From NCBI GenBank assembly GCA_013115125.1, contig JABANN010000343.1, positions 1 to 37,225 of the forward strand: a stretch of DNA of 37,225 nucleotides, written 5' to 3'. The stretch's first letter is position 1. Every line of letters begins with the position of its first letter. This document shows positions 11,501 through 23,639 of this stretch, in pieces. The notes beneath the pieces were generated by a model. It was not told the DNA's origin. It was given only the letters and a program-made list of their open reading frames with translations, and searched no databases. Origin of the DNA: Perkinsus olseni (Eukaryota). The position numbers and the translations under genes are program-made.

Positions 11501-14500
11501 TCGACATGAAGGCAGCTCGTCGAAACACAAAATAACCAACCGGCAATAGCTCAGTTGGTAGAGCGTCCGACTGTAGTGTTTGGTATCGGATGGTCCCTGG
11601 TTCGATTCCGGGTTGACGGACGTTTCGCCAACGCATTTCTTCACGAGTTGTTTGGTACAGTTATGGTCGTATGAGTCGATTCCTGGTTCTTCAACCTTGA
11701 TGAGGTCAGCGAGACCTCATTGGCTGCGTCTGCGCGTCATGTCACGGTTGGTCAGACTTTATTCCATTCTGCGCGTGGCGATCGCAGGTCCCACCGCCGA
11801 GGAGGATCTTCTCAAGTGGCAAAAGAATTCATAAGCAATAATACGCCCTGACGATCCTCTCTCACTCCAAAAGAGAGAGAACCCGATCATTCAAATCACA
11901 GTCAGAGATGAGGAGTCGGACTCGGCCCACTAGACGCCTCAGGCTCACCTCAAGTCCGAGGATATTCCCCACTACGCTCTTTTGAAGGTCGAAGAAGGTC
12001 TGAGACTCGACACTCCCCTCATCCAAGCCCTTGTAGGCTTCTCAAGTTTGCCATGACCTTGGCGTGCTTACCTCCACTGCCTTCGGATATTCCTCGTGGA
12101 TGTCTAGCATCTGCTTTGCGAAATCTTCTATTCCCGCAGCCATGTGGTCCAGATGGGCGTAAGCCTGATGGACAATCAACTCCAGCCGAAACCCGAAACT
12201 GGATACCAACGCGGCCGAGTGGTCGACGCTTCCAGTAACACTAAAAATCGCTTTCATTGCAGCGCACACGCGACGCGGTCGGCGCAAGCGGAACGTAGTT
12301 GAGCGTTTGTGCCGCAAGTGAATCGCTGCCATCGACCACTTCATTCAGACCTCCATAGTAGCTTTCTCCAGGTCAGGATCAATGTGGGCAGAGTCTCGGA
12401 TGCTCCTGCGGTACTCCTGCAGCTCCCCTTCATTAGCCTCACACTCCGCCTCATGCTCAGCCTGACTGCCACCCACCCTCGGACGATCTCAGGCTAACCG
12501 CTACCCTGTGCTTCCGCAACTTTTCATCGTGTTCTGCCACCATGCCCTGCTTCTGAGTCTTCATCTCTTCCAGAGCTGTTGACGCTTCAACCATGAGCGA
12601 TGCAACCCGAGAGCACCTGGATAAGCTCTCCACAGAATTCTCGAGAATGGCCAACCCGTGTGCCACCTTGTCCGCTGCTCTCCCTCTAGTTCAAACAGTT
12701 TCTCCTTGCTTTTCGAGACCATACAATCCAGCTGTGCGTAGCAATCATTGAGTTCGGACGAGACCGCGGCGTCGGCCACATCGGCCGCGGTTAAATGCTA
12801 ACAAAAACCCTTTCGAAGTGTTGCTGAACAAACAGAACCCTCATTTTCATGAGGAACCAAGGCAGCAGCAGAGCAGCATCGAAGGAGCGGCGCATATTCC
12901 CACCTCGCCCCAACTTGGTCGACAGTCGATCTGTTCGATCATAGCCACGAGTTGGTCTCTGAGCTCCCGCCCCACTTCCTCGATACGACACCGAATCCTG
13001 TCCATAGCCTCGCCTTGTACAGAATAGGTCTGCAACAGAGCGCAATGGTCATTCCATTATCACCGAGAAACGCAGCGCGCAACTGAACTCCGCTGTGAGC
13101 TGACGACGCCGTCGCTACCAAGTATCTTACCTTCTCAGCTTCATCCCCAAGTTCGATGAGAGATTCCAGAGCGGCCTGAGTTCTGGCACCAGTCAAATCG
13201 GACACGGCCAAATCTCGAATCTACCAGGGTACGAGTTCGAACAGATGAAGAATGAAGAGCCGTCACCTCTAAAAGGATATTTAATCGGCGCTGCAGCAGG
13301 TCGGTCTGACTTTCTTTAACGAAATCGAACACCTGAAATATTGCCTCTTCGAAAGATCTTATCGCTCCCACTCGAGCATTCACCCCAACGAGCTGTGGAG
13401 GGTCCTGGAACTCTGGGCCACGGAGCCTCTCCAATGCCTCCCTTATAGCCCGATCGTGGCGGCATGTGCGCCATGCATGTCGACCGCGCTCCCTGAAATT
13501 TGAAAGGGCTCAGCCACTGCCCTTTCCATCAGGCCCACGCACCATCTCTCAGTGAGGGAGACCTTTTCATCATTGCATCTGATCGTGAGGAGCTTCTGCA
13601 CCAACTCGACATGCTCTTTCCTGTTCTCCGCAAGGACACTGTTCGCCTCTGTTGTCAGTCCATGAATAATCCTGCCAATCACCGCTATGGAACGGATACA
13701 CGGGAAGAAGCTCGCTGATGGAGTGGCCGATATTGATGACATCTTACCGTTCCACACTGCCTTGATCAGCATGGGCAGCGAGCAATAGCTCCTCCGTCAG
13801 GGACCTCAGACGCTCATCTATGCTCCGCTTGCGCACAGCGCATTCGATATCCTAACGGCATGCGAGAAGGCGATCCGGAAGTAAGAAAATGTGCGGTGAC
13901 CAATGTGCGGCTTCCCGAGGGACAAGGCAGGCTCCAGTATCGGCTTATCATGGCCCAGTACTCCACAAGGCACGAGTATTGGCATGCGGCATGTTAGCTC
14001 AGATACATTTACTAGGACAGATGCGAAGCCAGATCCGCTCGAGGCCTTTGGGCCGTGGGTGAAGGCAATTATCCCATAACCAACAGATACTCAGACGATC
14101 TGAGTCAGATCGGACCTCCAGTGACTGGGCGAACTTATCAATCAGCTTTCGCCGATCCGCGATTGTGGACTCCACCATCTCCAAGACTTTGTCGATCCAC
14201 TCTATGCTCTTCGAGCCTGCAAGGGCCAATTCTCGAGGCCAATACCACAAGCATTCTCCTCCACTTAGGATAGCCTCCCCTTCATCGTCTCCCTCCTCTA
14301 TTTCCGTCACACGTAGCAACGCGGCGATTTCAGAGTCTTGCTGATCCAAGCAAGCGTTGAGCTCCTCCGACGCGACTTGGACCTGAGGAAGAGCTAATGC
14401 TTACCATATAGAGTTGCATTAAACTACTTTAGCGGCGCACTCATCCGCGAGAGCGGCAACATACTTGTGGTAGCCCTCCAGAGCCTCATCGTGCCGAGCC

Positions 14501-15113
14501 TTTCTCCTGAGGAACAACATCTCCGGCGAGCGGGAAACGATTCCAGAGAGGCTTGTTCAGTCCTGCGTCGAGACCATAGCGTAGCATGGCTAGGGCCACA
14601 CGAGCTCATGCCAGGAGTAAGTAATTCCAACATACTTCGACGCAAACTTCTCCCGCTTCTTCATTCGTCTCTTATAAGCCTCCGCTGTTTCCTGAGGGCA
14701 GTGTACCGACTCTTATTCCGTCAGAGGACCAATCCGTACGTCACTCGGGGACAGAGTATCCGCAAGGCTCTTGACCATCTGTCTCTCTTCTTGTATTTCA
14801 ATCAGATGCTTAGAAGGATGCTTGTCAGCCTGCTGAACAATCCCAACATTCATTGCACGCTCGAGGCGAAACGGCTGGGTCTTTTCTCGGATTACCATCT
14901 TCGCTTCACGCACTCTCTCTTGCTGAAGCTGGGAGAACACCTGATACCCGAGATGCTACGGAGAGTGCGAACGTGCACAAGCGAGCCACAAGAAGAATCA
15001 GCGGGGACCCGAACTCTCAGGCCCGAAATTACTTTTATATCCTGTGCAGTTCTGAACCCGTCGCTCGGATTCGCACTTCTCTTCTGATTCAAGTCGCTAG
15101 TTGAACCAGTCAT
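5544..15113 (-). CDS. CCDC180/FAP76-like coiled-coil ciliary protein, many exons (3' extent uncertain)
   Basis: Exon peptides resemble the DUF4455 region of CCDC180: WIDKVLEMVESTIADRRKLIDKFAQSLE, EANSVLAENRKEHVELVQKLL..ERW, ERLRGPEFQDPP..SQTDLLQRRLNILLE, HLDHMAAGIEDFAKQMLDIHEEYP. An acidic middle exon lies at ~11240-11340 and a C-terminal-like TAAHKMVLKNRKEAL at ~5770-5812. ATG at 15113 splices to VFSQLQQERV. The part from 5.5 to 11.3 kb could be a separate gene or genes. Confidence 0.55.
6624..6869. repeat. 44-bp tandem repeat spanning an assembly gap
   Basis: Unit CATAAGACGAAGTCTGTGGTGCACTTCTCTAGTTCTGTAGTACA starts at 6638, 6682 (cut by the gap), 6796 and 6840 (partial). N-run at 6697-6795. 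Confidence 0.95.
11540..11620 (+). tRNA. tRNA-Tyr(GTA) with 8-nt intron (11577-11584)
   Basis: CCGGCAA TAGCTCAGTTGGTAGAGCG TCCGA-CTGTAG[TGTTTGGT]A-TCGGA TGGTC CCTGG-TTCGATT-CCGGG TTGACGG A. C1-G72/A73 Tyr identity elements are present, with one G4:A69 mismatch. Confidence 0.9.
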
Positions 15114-15146
15114 TGCAGATTGAATGGGAAGACAAAGCCGAGACTA

Positions 15147-15218
15147 AGGTTCTATCGGGATTCGAACCCGAGTCGCTGGCTTCAAGTTCCTGAGTGCTAA
15201 CCGCTACACTATAGAACC
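15147..15218 (-). tRNA. tRNA-Gln(TTG)-like gene or pseudogene with a disrupted anticodon arm
   Basis: Minus strand GGTTCTATAGTGTAGCGGTTAGCACT CAGGA-ACTTGAA-GCCAG CGAC TCGGG-TTCGAAT-CCCGA TAGAACC T. Acceptor and T stems are perfect; the anticodon stem has two mismatches and the loop has A32/C33. Confidence 0.8.
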
Positions 15219-15888
15219 ACGCAAAAAAGATCCACGGTTATGTAGTGCAGTGAGCTAAGTAATGTGATGATTCCATCCCCGTATACCTTGTTAGCGTTGT
15301 TTGCTGCTCTGAGAGGATGTGGGATCTGGGGCTGACAAACCAGGGCGTCGCGAGACGCCTGGATTGGCCCAACCTCAAGATCTGACTGCACCACAAACTG
15401 CGGTGCCCCTGCTGTCACCGACAGCTGTCAGTCTGAGGTTTCCTCCCGAGCGGCAGTACAAAAGAAGAAGAAAAAAAATTGCGCAAAGTGGAAAGGTTCA
15501 AACCACGTCAACGCACGAAGATGTTCCCAATACGCGGATGGGTGCCGCAAGCATAGCTTAGCCTAGCGCCACTTACTTCGCGCACGCCTCGGCCGTCTAC
15601 ATCCTCTCAATCACACAAGCAACATCACTAGTCGTTCGACTAGTTCTCAGTATTTGTAATACGACGCCATCAAGCTCCCTTGTTCGGACCGGTCGAGAGT
15701 GAGAAAGAAGCCAGGTACCCCTTGTGTCATCCCCACTGTTCATCAGAGTACAGGGAAGCACTTGGCCCGATTGAACAACAGCGAAAGACAATTCACCACG
15801 GCCGTAAAGTCCACCAATTGTACAGTCATGCCGAAAGGAAACCACCCCGTCCGCCAAATCACATCGAGGTCGCTTGTGTCGGCGTCCC

Positions 15889-17496
15889 TCAGTCAATAAA
15901 GCTCCGCTGAACTAGCCCGAACTCCATGTAGCTAGACTTCGCAAGGTAGTTAGGCTCTCTCCGGAAGATTATGTAATCGAGCTCCATTAGGTACTCTAGC
16001 AAAGACCGGGCGGACTTTGGATCTCTCCAGTGTACTTCAATCAGTATCTGTGTGGGAAGGCTTTTGTCGTTCTTCACATCAAACCAAGTTCTGAACGTAT
16101 CGAACTCGCATCCCTCACAGTCGATCTTGAAAATATCAATCACGCGGTCTGCATGTCCGAGCATCCTCCGCATTGTGGGAAGGGTAAAATGCTCCTTCGC
16201 CCGATCGTCTCGGCTGGCGAGCCCCCAGTGCTTCCAAGTGATGAATGCCGGTCCAACCCTCACCGCTTTCTCGTACAACTCTCTGTCGATCTCGAAAACG
16301 AAAATCTCAGCGTTGTCATTCACCTCGTCATGGAAGGCCGCCTCGAAAGAGAACGAATTGCCGTAGCCTACCGAGTAGATGATCACCGGTTCACGTCGAA
16401 ACTCCCTTCCCAACTTGTAGCTCTCGCACACCCATTTACCGCCGTCGCCGCGGGTCCCTAGTCTCTCTTCAAATTCACAAGATACTTCGGGAAACGTATT
16501 CCGTGCGAACCACTTGTCCGGCCGATTTCTCCGAGGCCCAACGAACTGCCTAGATCGCGCACTCGGCAGAATGTCTGACATTCTCGTCTGGGACCTCGAT
16601 AGTGGCTCCGGGACCAGCGAGCGGGCCGATCCTTTGCAAGGGCTACCGAACTCCGCAGGCATCCGGATCCACGACATTCTAACGGCTAAGCTCCTCTTGC
16701 CTTCGAAGTCGGGATAGAACTCCTGCTCCTTGCTGAAGACGACAAAATCATTCTGCGCCATCCAGTCCAAAAAATCGAACTGCTTCCTCGCTGCCGTGTA
16801 GTCATCCATCGGCCATCGCAATAGCACAACAACTTGCTCAGCCCGCCGCACTTCTTCCAGCGCAGCATTCGGCAATGAACCTCCTCGGTCTGTGTCGATT
16901 CTCAACAGAGTCAGTTGGTGCTCTCCGTGAACCGCCGCCTGGTAGGCCTCTCGTCGGGGATGGTCTGTTTCGAAAATACAATTCCTATTCATTTGATGCA
17001 GGGCGCGTTCAGCCGAGAAGAGCTCCTCTGGTGCAGTCTCGTCATTCCGGACGTAAGACCTCACCCTACAGTCGCCTCTGCCGGGGTCGAAGGCTAGCCT
17101 TGGGTCGCAGAGTACCATACTCACACTCGTACCTCCCAGCCGTTCTTGGAGGGGGCAAGCGAGAGTCGGGTGGTAGGTGCTCATATAGTACTTCCCGAAG
17201 GCTTTCTCATTGGCAGTGGGGACGCGTCGATCAACTGGCGGTATATAGAGATGCTTTTGATGCAGCATACGATGGAGGGCCAATGCCTTCGGTCGTGATC
17301 CAAACAGTAGTTGGACCAAAGGAAACGACCGGAGCTGCTCGCTTACGACTGAGCATGACTCTGCGGTCATCAGCTCTTCGCTCGCAGGTATTTCACGAGG
17401 AATCATGAGCTGACGCAGCGACGCCACAAGAATGATGACACAGACCGCCAAGACCGTTATGGCGAATGCTCGTTGTTGGGTTAGCAGCTGCTGCAT
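15889..17496 (-). CDS. Membrane-anchored Methyltransf_22 (METTL24/FkbM-like) protein with a tandem domain duplication
   Basis: 535-aa intronless ORF with an N-terminal hydrophobic anchor. Motifs CEFEERLGTRGDGGKWVC, IYSVGYGNSFSFE, IDIFKIDCEGCEF and QILIEVH. An upstream degenerate copy reads CPLQERLGG..VLCDP, LTLLRID, EQVVVLLRW. Confidence 0.85.
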   Translation of the reverse strand: MQQLLTQQRAFAITVLAVCVIILVASLRQLMIPREIPASEELMTAESCSVVSEQLRSFPLVQLLFGSRPKALALHRMLHQKHLYIPPVDRRVPTANEKAFGKYYMSTYHPTLACPLQERLGGTSVSMVLCDPRLAFDPGRGDCRVRSYVRNDETAPEELFSAERALHQMNRNCIFETDHPRREAYQAAVHGEHQLTLLRIDTDRGGSLPNAALEEVRRAEQVVVLLRWPMDDYTAARKQFDFLDWMAQNDFVVFSKEQEFYPDFEGKRSLAVRMSWIRMPAEFGSPCKGSARSLVPEPLSRSQTRMSDILPSARSRQFVGPRRNRPDKWFARNTFPEVSCEFEERLGTRGDGGKWVCESYKLGREFRREPVIIYSVGYGNSFSFEAAFHDEVNDNAEIFVFEIDRELYEKAVRVGPAFITWKHWGLASRDDRAKEHFTLPTMRRMLGHADRVIDIFKIDCEGCEFDTFRTWFDVKNDKSLPTQILIEVHWRDPKSARSLLEYLMELDYIIFRREPNYLAKSSYMEFGLVQRSFID

Positions 17497-17519
17497 TGAT
17501 AGTAACCGGAAGCCAACTG

Positions 17520-20500
17520 CAGCCAGCTCAGATCATTCGTAGTTCCGCAGGGTCCATTGACTTGCAACACGTCGCGACCTTCAGCGATGGAAGACGCCCT
17601 CAATGCAGTGCTACAGCGTGCTGTCCATGAAACTGCCAACGGCAGCTGATTGAACCGCGTTGTGAGAAAGATTCCAGCTGGCTTGCTCAGGCTCCCTCAC
17701 CGCCCTCTAGCCATCGAAGAAGGGGGGTCTTCGGCCATGCTTTGGCGCGCTTCTCGATGTCTCTTCGAACGGAGCGAGGCCCGTGATCCCTCCGCTGGGG
17801 CTTGTCCTACGAGAGCGGCAAGGAGTTTCACAGAGAGAACACAATCACACTTAAGAGAAGCTCTCAATGCAGGGAGGGTTCGGAGCGTCTCCGCTACTAG
17901 CGGACCGCTAGTCTCTGACCATGAGATAGCCATACTCGTCATGAAGGCTCACTTTCTGGGTGGTCCATTTCGAGAAGCCGTTCAAGTTCGATATCGCGGA
18001 GTTGACAGCCATCGTAGTGGGGCCACCCAGTAGAACCATGCCAGGTTCTTTCCTATACAGCGCCTTCACAGCTGTGACCTCTTTTTTCGTACTCTCTAAG
18101 GGTACCAATAATACCGAAAACTCTCTCCGCACTCTTACCGTCCATTCGCCGGTTGAGTCGGAGTTTACTCTCATACTGCCTCAGCTCCTCTCGATGAGTC
18201 GCGTCCCTCGCTATTCTGTCCAGCCGCGGAGTCGTCCTGGTCGGTATGTACCTCCATCAACCCCTCAACCGTACGAGCTCGCATGACCGCTCACTCGAAG
18301 GTGCCCCAGAGGTCTTCAGTCGGTTCAGAACAGTCGCCGCCCGCCCGGCGGCCGAATGCCGTAGGTGAACCTCGGAATAGAAGAGGGTAGCTTCACCGTT
18401 GTGGTCTTTTTCCTAGACTCACGAGAAGCCGCTGTGGGTGACTTGACAAACCGTCGTCTAAATCCTTGTCGTCTGGATTGGGGTACATTGGCAAGGGAAT
18501 GGCACCTTCATGACCGATTCATTGAGCCACGCAGGAGATTGTTTGACATGTTCCACTGGCAAGCTTCCCGTGCGAACCGACCAAGCATTCCTTAAGACTT
18601 GAAAGGGGTGCTTGGAAGCAAGTCCGAGCACACCCAGGATGGTGGTTCTCGTTCGGGGCCCTAGCTAGCCGTGTAATGACTCGGCATCGCGCAAGAGCAT
18701 CGTCCGTTACAGTGTACTCACTCTGTGGTGGGCCTGCTCGTATGTGCCGTCGATATAGTCACTGGTCGGCGACACGGTGGCGGTGGAGGCGGTACTGGCT
18801 GAGAGGCGAGAGGAGGAGCTCGATAGCCCCTACAGGAGGGGATACCCAAGACGAGGGCTCACACGATGTGGTTCATCTATGGTAACAGGTAACACCCTTG
18901 CCGGGTTCAAAGCAGCTCGACCCAGTGCAGCCAGGTGAGGGTTACGTGACCTGATATTGTTTACTATTGGACTATCATACTGTTATACAACAACGGAACA
19001 AGACTCCCTCCAGTGCGCATACAGTGGTAAATTATGGTCGATGATTCATTCAAACGAAGAATTGGAGCGGACTGCTCTGTGCAAGACTGGTGCGGTTCTG
19101 AGATCGATTCGGTGGTCCAAATCGAAGAAGCAATACAGACTCCCTGGCAGGGAGTCCCTGCACGAGCTTTCTCGCACGAAGCCCTCTTGCCTGCCCAGTC
19201 CTAATGACGAAGCACATGGGAGCTGGCCCGAAGTTTCTTTCATTGCTACCTACTCGCGATTCGTACCACAATCCACACATAACACAGAGTAAGACGACCA
19301 CCCGAGTCTAGCTCCGGCGCGCAAGGCCTACCTCGGATAATCCCTGTCCGTGTACTCCGAGGACTCCCACCCACCTAGACCGTTCGAGACTTGCCCGGCA
19401 GCGTCCCTCAAGCGGTGTATGATAGAGCGTTCAATGGGCTCCACCAACGGTGACACGTCGCCGCTAGCGTTGGACGCTTCAGTCGACTTCTCTCCGCGCA
19501 AGGCTCGGGCCTGAGCGGGCCACGGCATTCGGACAACCACAAGGCTGCGACTGAGGAGAGTGTGCGTGTCAGTTCCAAGACCAACCGTCGGCGGCTAGGT
19601 CAGACTGGATGCGCTAGCGACGTGTCGCGTTACTTAGTTACACGCCCGAATGCTGCCACAACGAGCGGACGCAACAAACGAGAGCAACTCATAATGGAAT
19701 CAATGTTTTTTCAGGAAAGAGGCCGGGTAATACGGAAGACACAGGAAAGGCACGGCAATGATGAAGCTGAGCAGCGAGCACCCGTCATCATCGCCGTTAC
19801 CATCGGGTCGTGGTCCCTCTCTCCCTCCTTATCCTCGTCCATCATGTGGACTGTGAGGAATCATATACCGAGATTACACTGCACAGCTCACCACTATTCG
19901 CCTGTCCTTTCTGATCGGCCGTCGCGTCCTCTGAGCCCTCTGCGGCATCCTCATCATCATAGCCACCACATTCCCAGACCAGGATGACCAATAGCTTTAC
20001 TCTCCGGAGCAGCGTCCCGAACCATGACACGCTGAGGCGTGCATAGACGGACTTGATTTTTCTTTCGACAGCACGGATGCAGGAGCCGAAGATTCTCCAG
20101 AATACCTTCCTGAAAGTTATCGTTGAATGAAGAGCCGCAGCGTCGCTCTGGACACGCCAAATGACCTCCGCGGAGAACTGTCAGTGTACCAGAACGAGAA
20201 GGAAATACAGGTCGACCGGTTGAATACAGATGTTGCTCCAAAAGATTATCGAGCTCAGTTCTTCTAGACGACCTCATCAGCGCCTTGGGCATGTCAAGTA
20301 CTGTACGGGAATACTGCCCGTTCTAATGGGCATGAGATCAAAGGGAAGACCATCAATCCTCGCGTTGATCAGGAAAAAAGCACGGTGAACCCGAAGATAC
20401 TTACCGCAGTATCCGGTTATACTTCCACGATAACGCAAGCAAAATGAGCAGTCCTCCTAGACCAGCGAGTGTCAGGTCCCGGGTAACTTCATTCTTGCTA

Positions 20501-22170
20501 CCTGAGTAGCTCTTTCGTATAAGATTTCAACGACAGCCTGCCGACCTATCGATATCCAGGTTATGTCCTCGCCGGAAGTCCCTACCCTTGGAAAGGTGCA
20601 CTCCCAAGGGTCTTCGTTCGGCGACTCGGGACACGACCATGCGTCACAAAATCTGTCTCCGATGCTGGCTCCAACACATCAAGTGTCGATTTTACGTCTG
20701 ATTGGCATCACTGTAGAAGTTGCAGCAATCAAAAGTCTCTCTGGTTGGACAGCAGCGGAAGGGCTCTTCCTTAGGATACCAGTATTCCTCTATGCGCGAA
20801 TATGCAAATTCCATCTGATAGCCGACGAACCTACGGCTGGACGATGCGCTGGAGACGACCATATCTGGCCTCACTGATAGGTCCAGTCAGTGGTCATGAT
20901 CTCCACAGCGAAGCTGCACTCGCTACATGCGCTGCTGAAGTCAGTGAAGCGACACACCCCGCGGGAAGTGGAGTTACGCTCCGGGAGAGAAACGCGGGCT
21001 GAATGGGAAAGAACGATAAGTGTGCACGCCCGGGTTGTGAGGAAATGTCATTGAGGTAAAAAAGTAGCTTTCATGCTACGGGCAGCTGGGTTGCAGAGAT
21101 GATCTCTGAGAGATCATAGCCAACTTGTTGTGTACGAGTGTGACGATTCATCACACGAAGCCCCGCCGTAGGGTCGACCTCAGCCTCGGACGATTCTACA
21201 CGGTATCTTTACAGTTTCTAGCTATGATGCTATGTGTAGCTATGATGGTCACGCGGAACCACACCCGCTCTCAACGTGAAGATGAGCAGCATGAGTGCAC
21301 CGACCATAAATATACCCACAAGATATCGGTTATGACGTACTCGGGTGGAGTACCTGGCATGCTTTGATCTGCGGAAGAGTAGGATGATTCGGGTTCACGA
21401 TTGAAAGGCTGGGCGAAGGCTACTCCTTGGCACAGCAGAAGCAAGTAATTGTAACGTGTCGAGAGGTCAGCTGCTCACCCATGCTCGGCCAGGCGGTCTG
21501 TATGTGCTATGAGGTCCGGTACTCTAGCGACTAACCAACAGCCGAGTCGTCCACATAACTTCATTTGCTTCGGGAAAAATGCAACTATTCTTTCAAGTTT
21601 ATTTCGGGTCCCTGTCCCTGAATCAGCCCCGGCGTAAACTGACAACTCGGAGCTCACATTTAACCACAGCCAACCAGCAATACGACTCGAACATGTTTCT
21701 GTCTTAGAGCACACGCTTCCACGCTGATCCCGTTCTCGATTCTTGGTGTGTAAGAGATGTGCGCGTAGATTTCGCAGCACTGACGCACTGACACCGATTG
21801 TCAAAAAGATTCCCTGAAAAGCTTCGTCGGCTCAACTTGTGACTATAAGTCACAAACACGAACATCGCTAGTTCATCGGCACAGCCGAATCGGTCTCTGG
21901 GTGATGTCAAATCGTCCGAGGAGTGGTCGTGGTAGAAGAAGTACGTGGCTGCCGGTGACTTAACAACCTCAAGCGCCGTGGCGGCACACCGGGCAGTTTT
22001 ATTTCTTCTTGAGACTTGCATCCCGGGCGTACCGTGAAAACATCAGAGTGCCCTGAGATATTGGCTTTCAAGATTGACAGTTTGCAGGACTTTCCGCCCT
22101 AGCCCGCTGGAGTAGTGCATTCTGAACATCAAGTTGCTCACTTTCCGAAGGCATCGACATTCATGCATAC
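17520..22170 (-). other. Unidentified multi-exon coding region(s), hypothetical proteins
   Basis: Minus-strand open segments bounded by GT/AG (e.g. 17908..18174, 19957..20292, 20692..20874). No family recognised and the number of genes is unknown. Confidence 0.3.
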
Positions 22171-23423
22171 AGTAGCGATAGAGCGATAACTTGGGCCTCA
22201 TGAGGTCGGTGAGTGCTTCACGGCGGTATCATACCGGTGGTGTTCGATCCAAACTTCGATGCGTGTGTGCCTGGACTTGCAGTTTTGGGCATCCCGGCAG
22301 AGCGTTCGACAAACTTTACCGTGTACGTATGGAATACGTAGCCTTTCGATCGGTATACACATTATTAATTATAGTTTTAAGGATTATATATTGACATGTC
22401 ATTCGACTCGTACCATTCTCCATATTCTCCAGCAAAAACATGGAGTTTGCATGGTCGAATCCACAACGAATATTCTAATATAATTCGTCAACATTCTCGA
22501 GCTGGTTCCCCAGTTCTCATCTACCGCTGCGATATGATGCTACATAAGGTACACCGGGTGTCCCACGGGCGGCATATTTTCGGCCCTCACTGCAGTCGCC
22601 GATCGACAACACCATTTTCGACACCTTGGCTCCTCGTAATATTGATTGTCTTCTTCCGAAGTTTTGTCTCCAAAAGATTCTGCGTTGAGGAATCACAAGA
22701 CCTTGGAGTTGTTCACGAAGTTTTGAAACACCCTCTCTACCAATTGAAGTCTAGGCCAGAAGACTGCAAGAATGAAAGAGAACGCTATTGTTCTATTTAA
22801 ATCTGGAGGGGCGTAGACTGCCATCAAAAGCAGGCAGGGTGCAGGGAGTTAACATACTTCTACTTCAGCTCCTGGCCAGTGACCTTCATCTAGCCTTTCA
22901 CCCCTCCACTCTTAGAGTCCTTACACTGAAGGAAATTCCACTTGTATTCAGCGGAAAAACAAGTAGTTTATGTAGGTTGAAACCGGCGCGGAGAGATGCC
23001 GTGTTATATTGTGCGCACAGCGGGACACCTAGTGTCCCGACTGTGCCTCCCACGCTAGCAAGCTAGTACGCCGACTACCGGCTTGAGTTATCAGGTGCTT
23101 GATAACGGCTCGGAAGTCGAGCGTCGTCCTCTTGACGCTCTCTTCTTCTTTTTTTTAACCGGGGTCTTCGAGAGGCAACTTGTGCCTGCCGAACCGCGAT
23201 TGCCACTTGCAGCTTCGCCTTCGGCCTCGGCACAGTTTGCCTTCGCGTTACCCTCGCTACCGTCGTGAGGTCCTGTCGACCTTTCTGACGCTAGCGCGGT
23301 ACCGCGCCTTGCCCCATCTCGGAGACCAGAGGTTTTACCACGTCAATAACACGAAGCCGTTCATTGCCCGGGCTCCCGACGCTTCCGATCAAAGTCTGCG
23401 AAAGAACGACTTCTAGTCTTGGC

Positions 23424-23639
23424 TCAGTGCGACCCAACTGAGTGACGATGAACCCCAAGATTCTTGGGGCAAGAACCTTTCACCTCGGCCGTTTCATCAG
23501 TAAAGGTCATGCTTAGCCTGGTCGGAGCACCAGCGGACTCCCTAGGCCTCAAACTGGAGGCAGCTCGGTAACACGATGATGATAGTAACACGGCGGCGGC
23601 GAGGATCAGAGAACGTGACAGAGCGATCTGTTGGGCCAT
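23424..23639 (-). CDS. Probable first exon of a hypothetical secreted protein
   Basis: ATG-initiated MAQQIALSRSLILAAAVLLSSSCYRAA is signal-peptide-like. Confidence 0.35.
   Translation of the reverse strand: MAQQIALSRSLILAAAVLLSSSCYRAASSLRPRESAGAPTRLSMTFTDETAEVKGSCPKNLGVHRHSVGSH

Noticed and set aside
14467-15087. 206-aa plus-strand ORF
   Set aside because: Antisense shadow of CCDC180-like exons, with no ATG start and no motif.
15597-15896. ORF overlapping the methyltransferase stop as an operon-like coupled gene
   Set aside because: It begins with TTG and has no recognisable product; it may be UTR or an internal exon.
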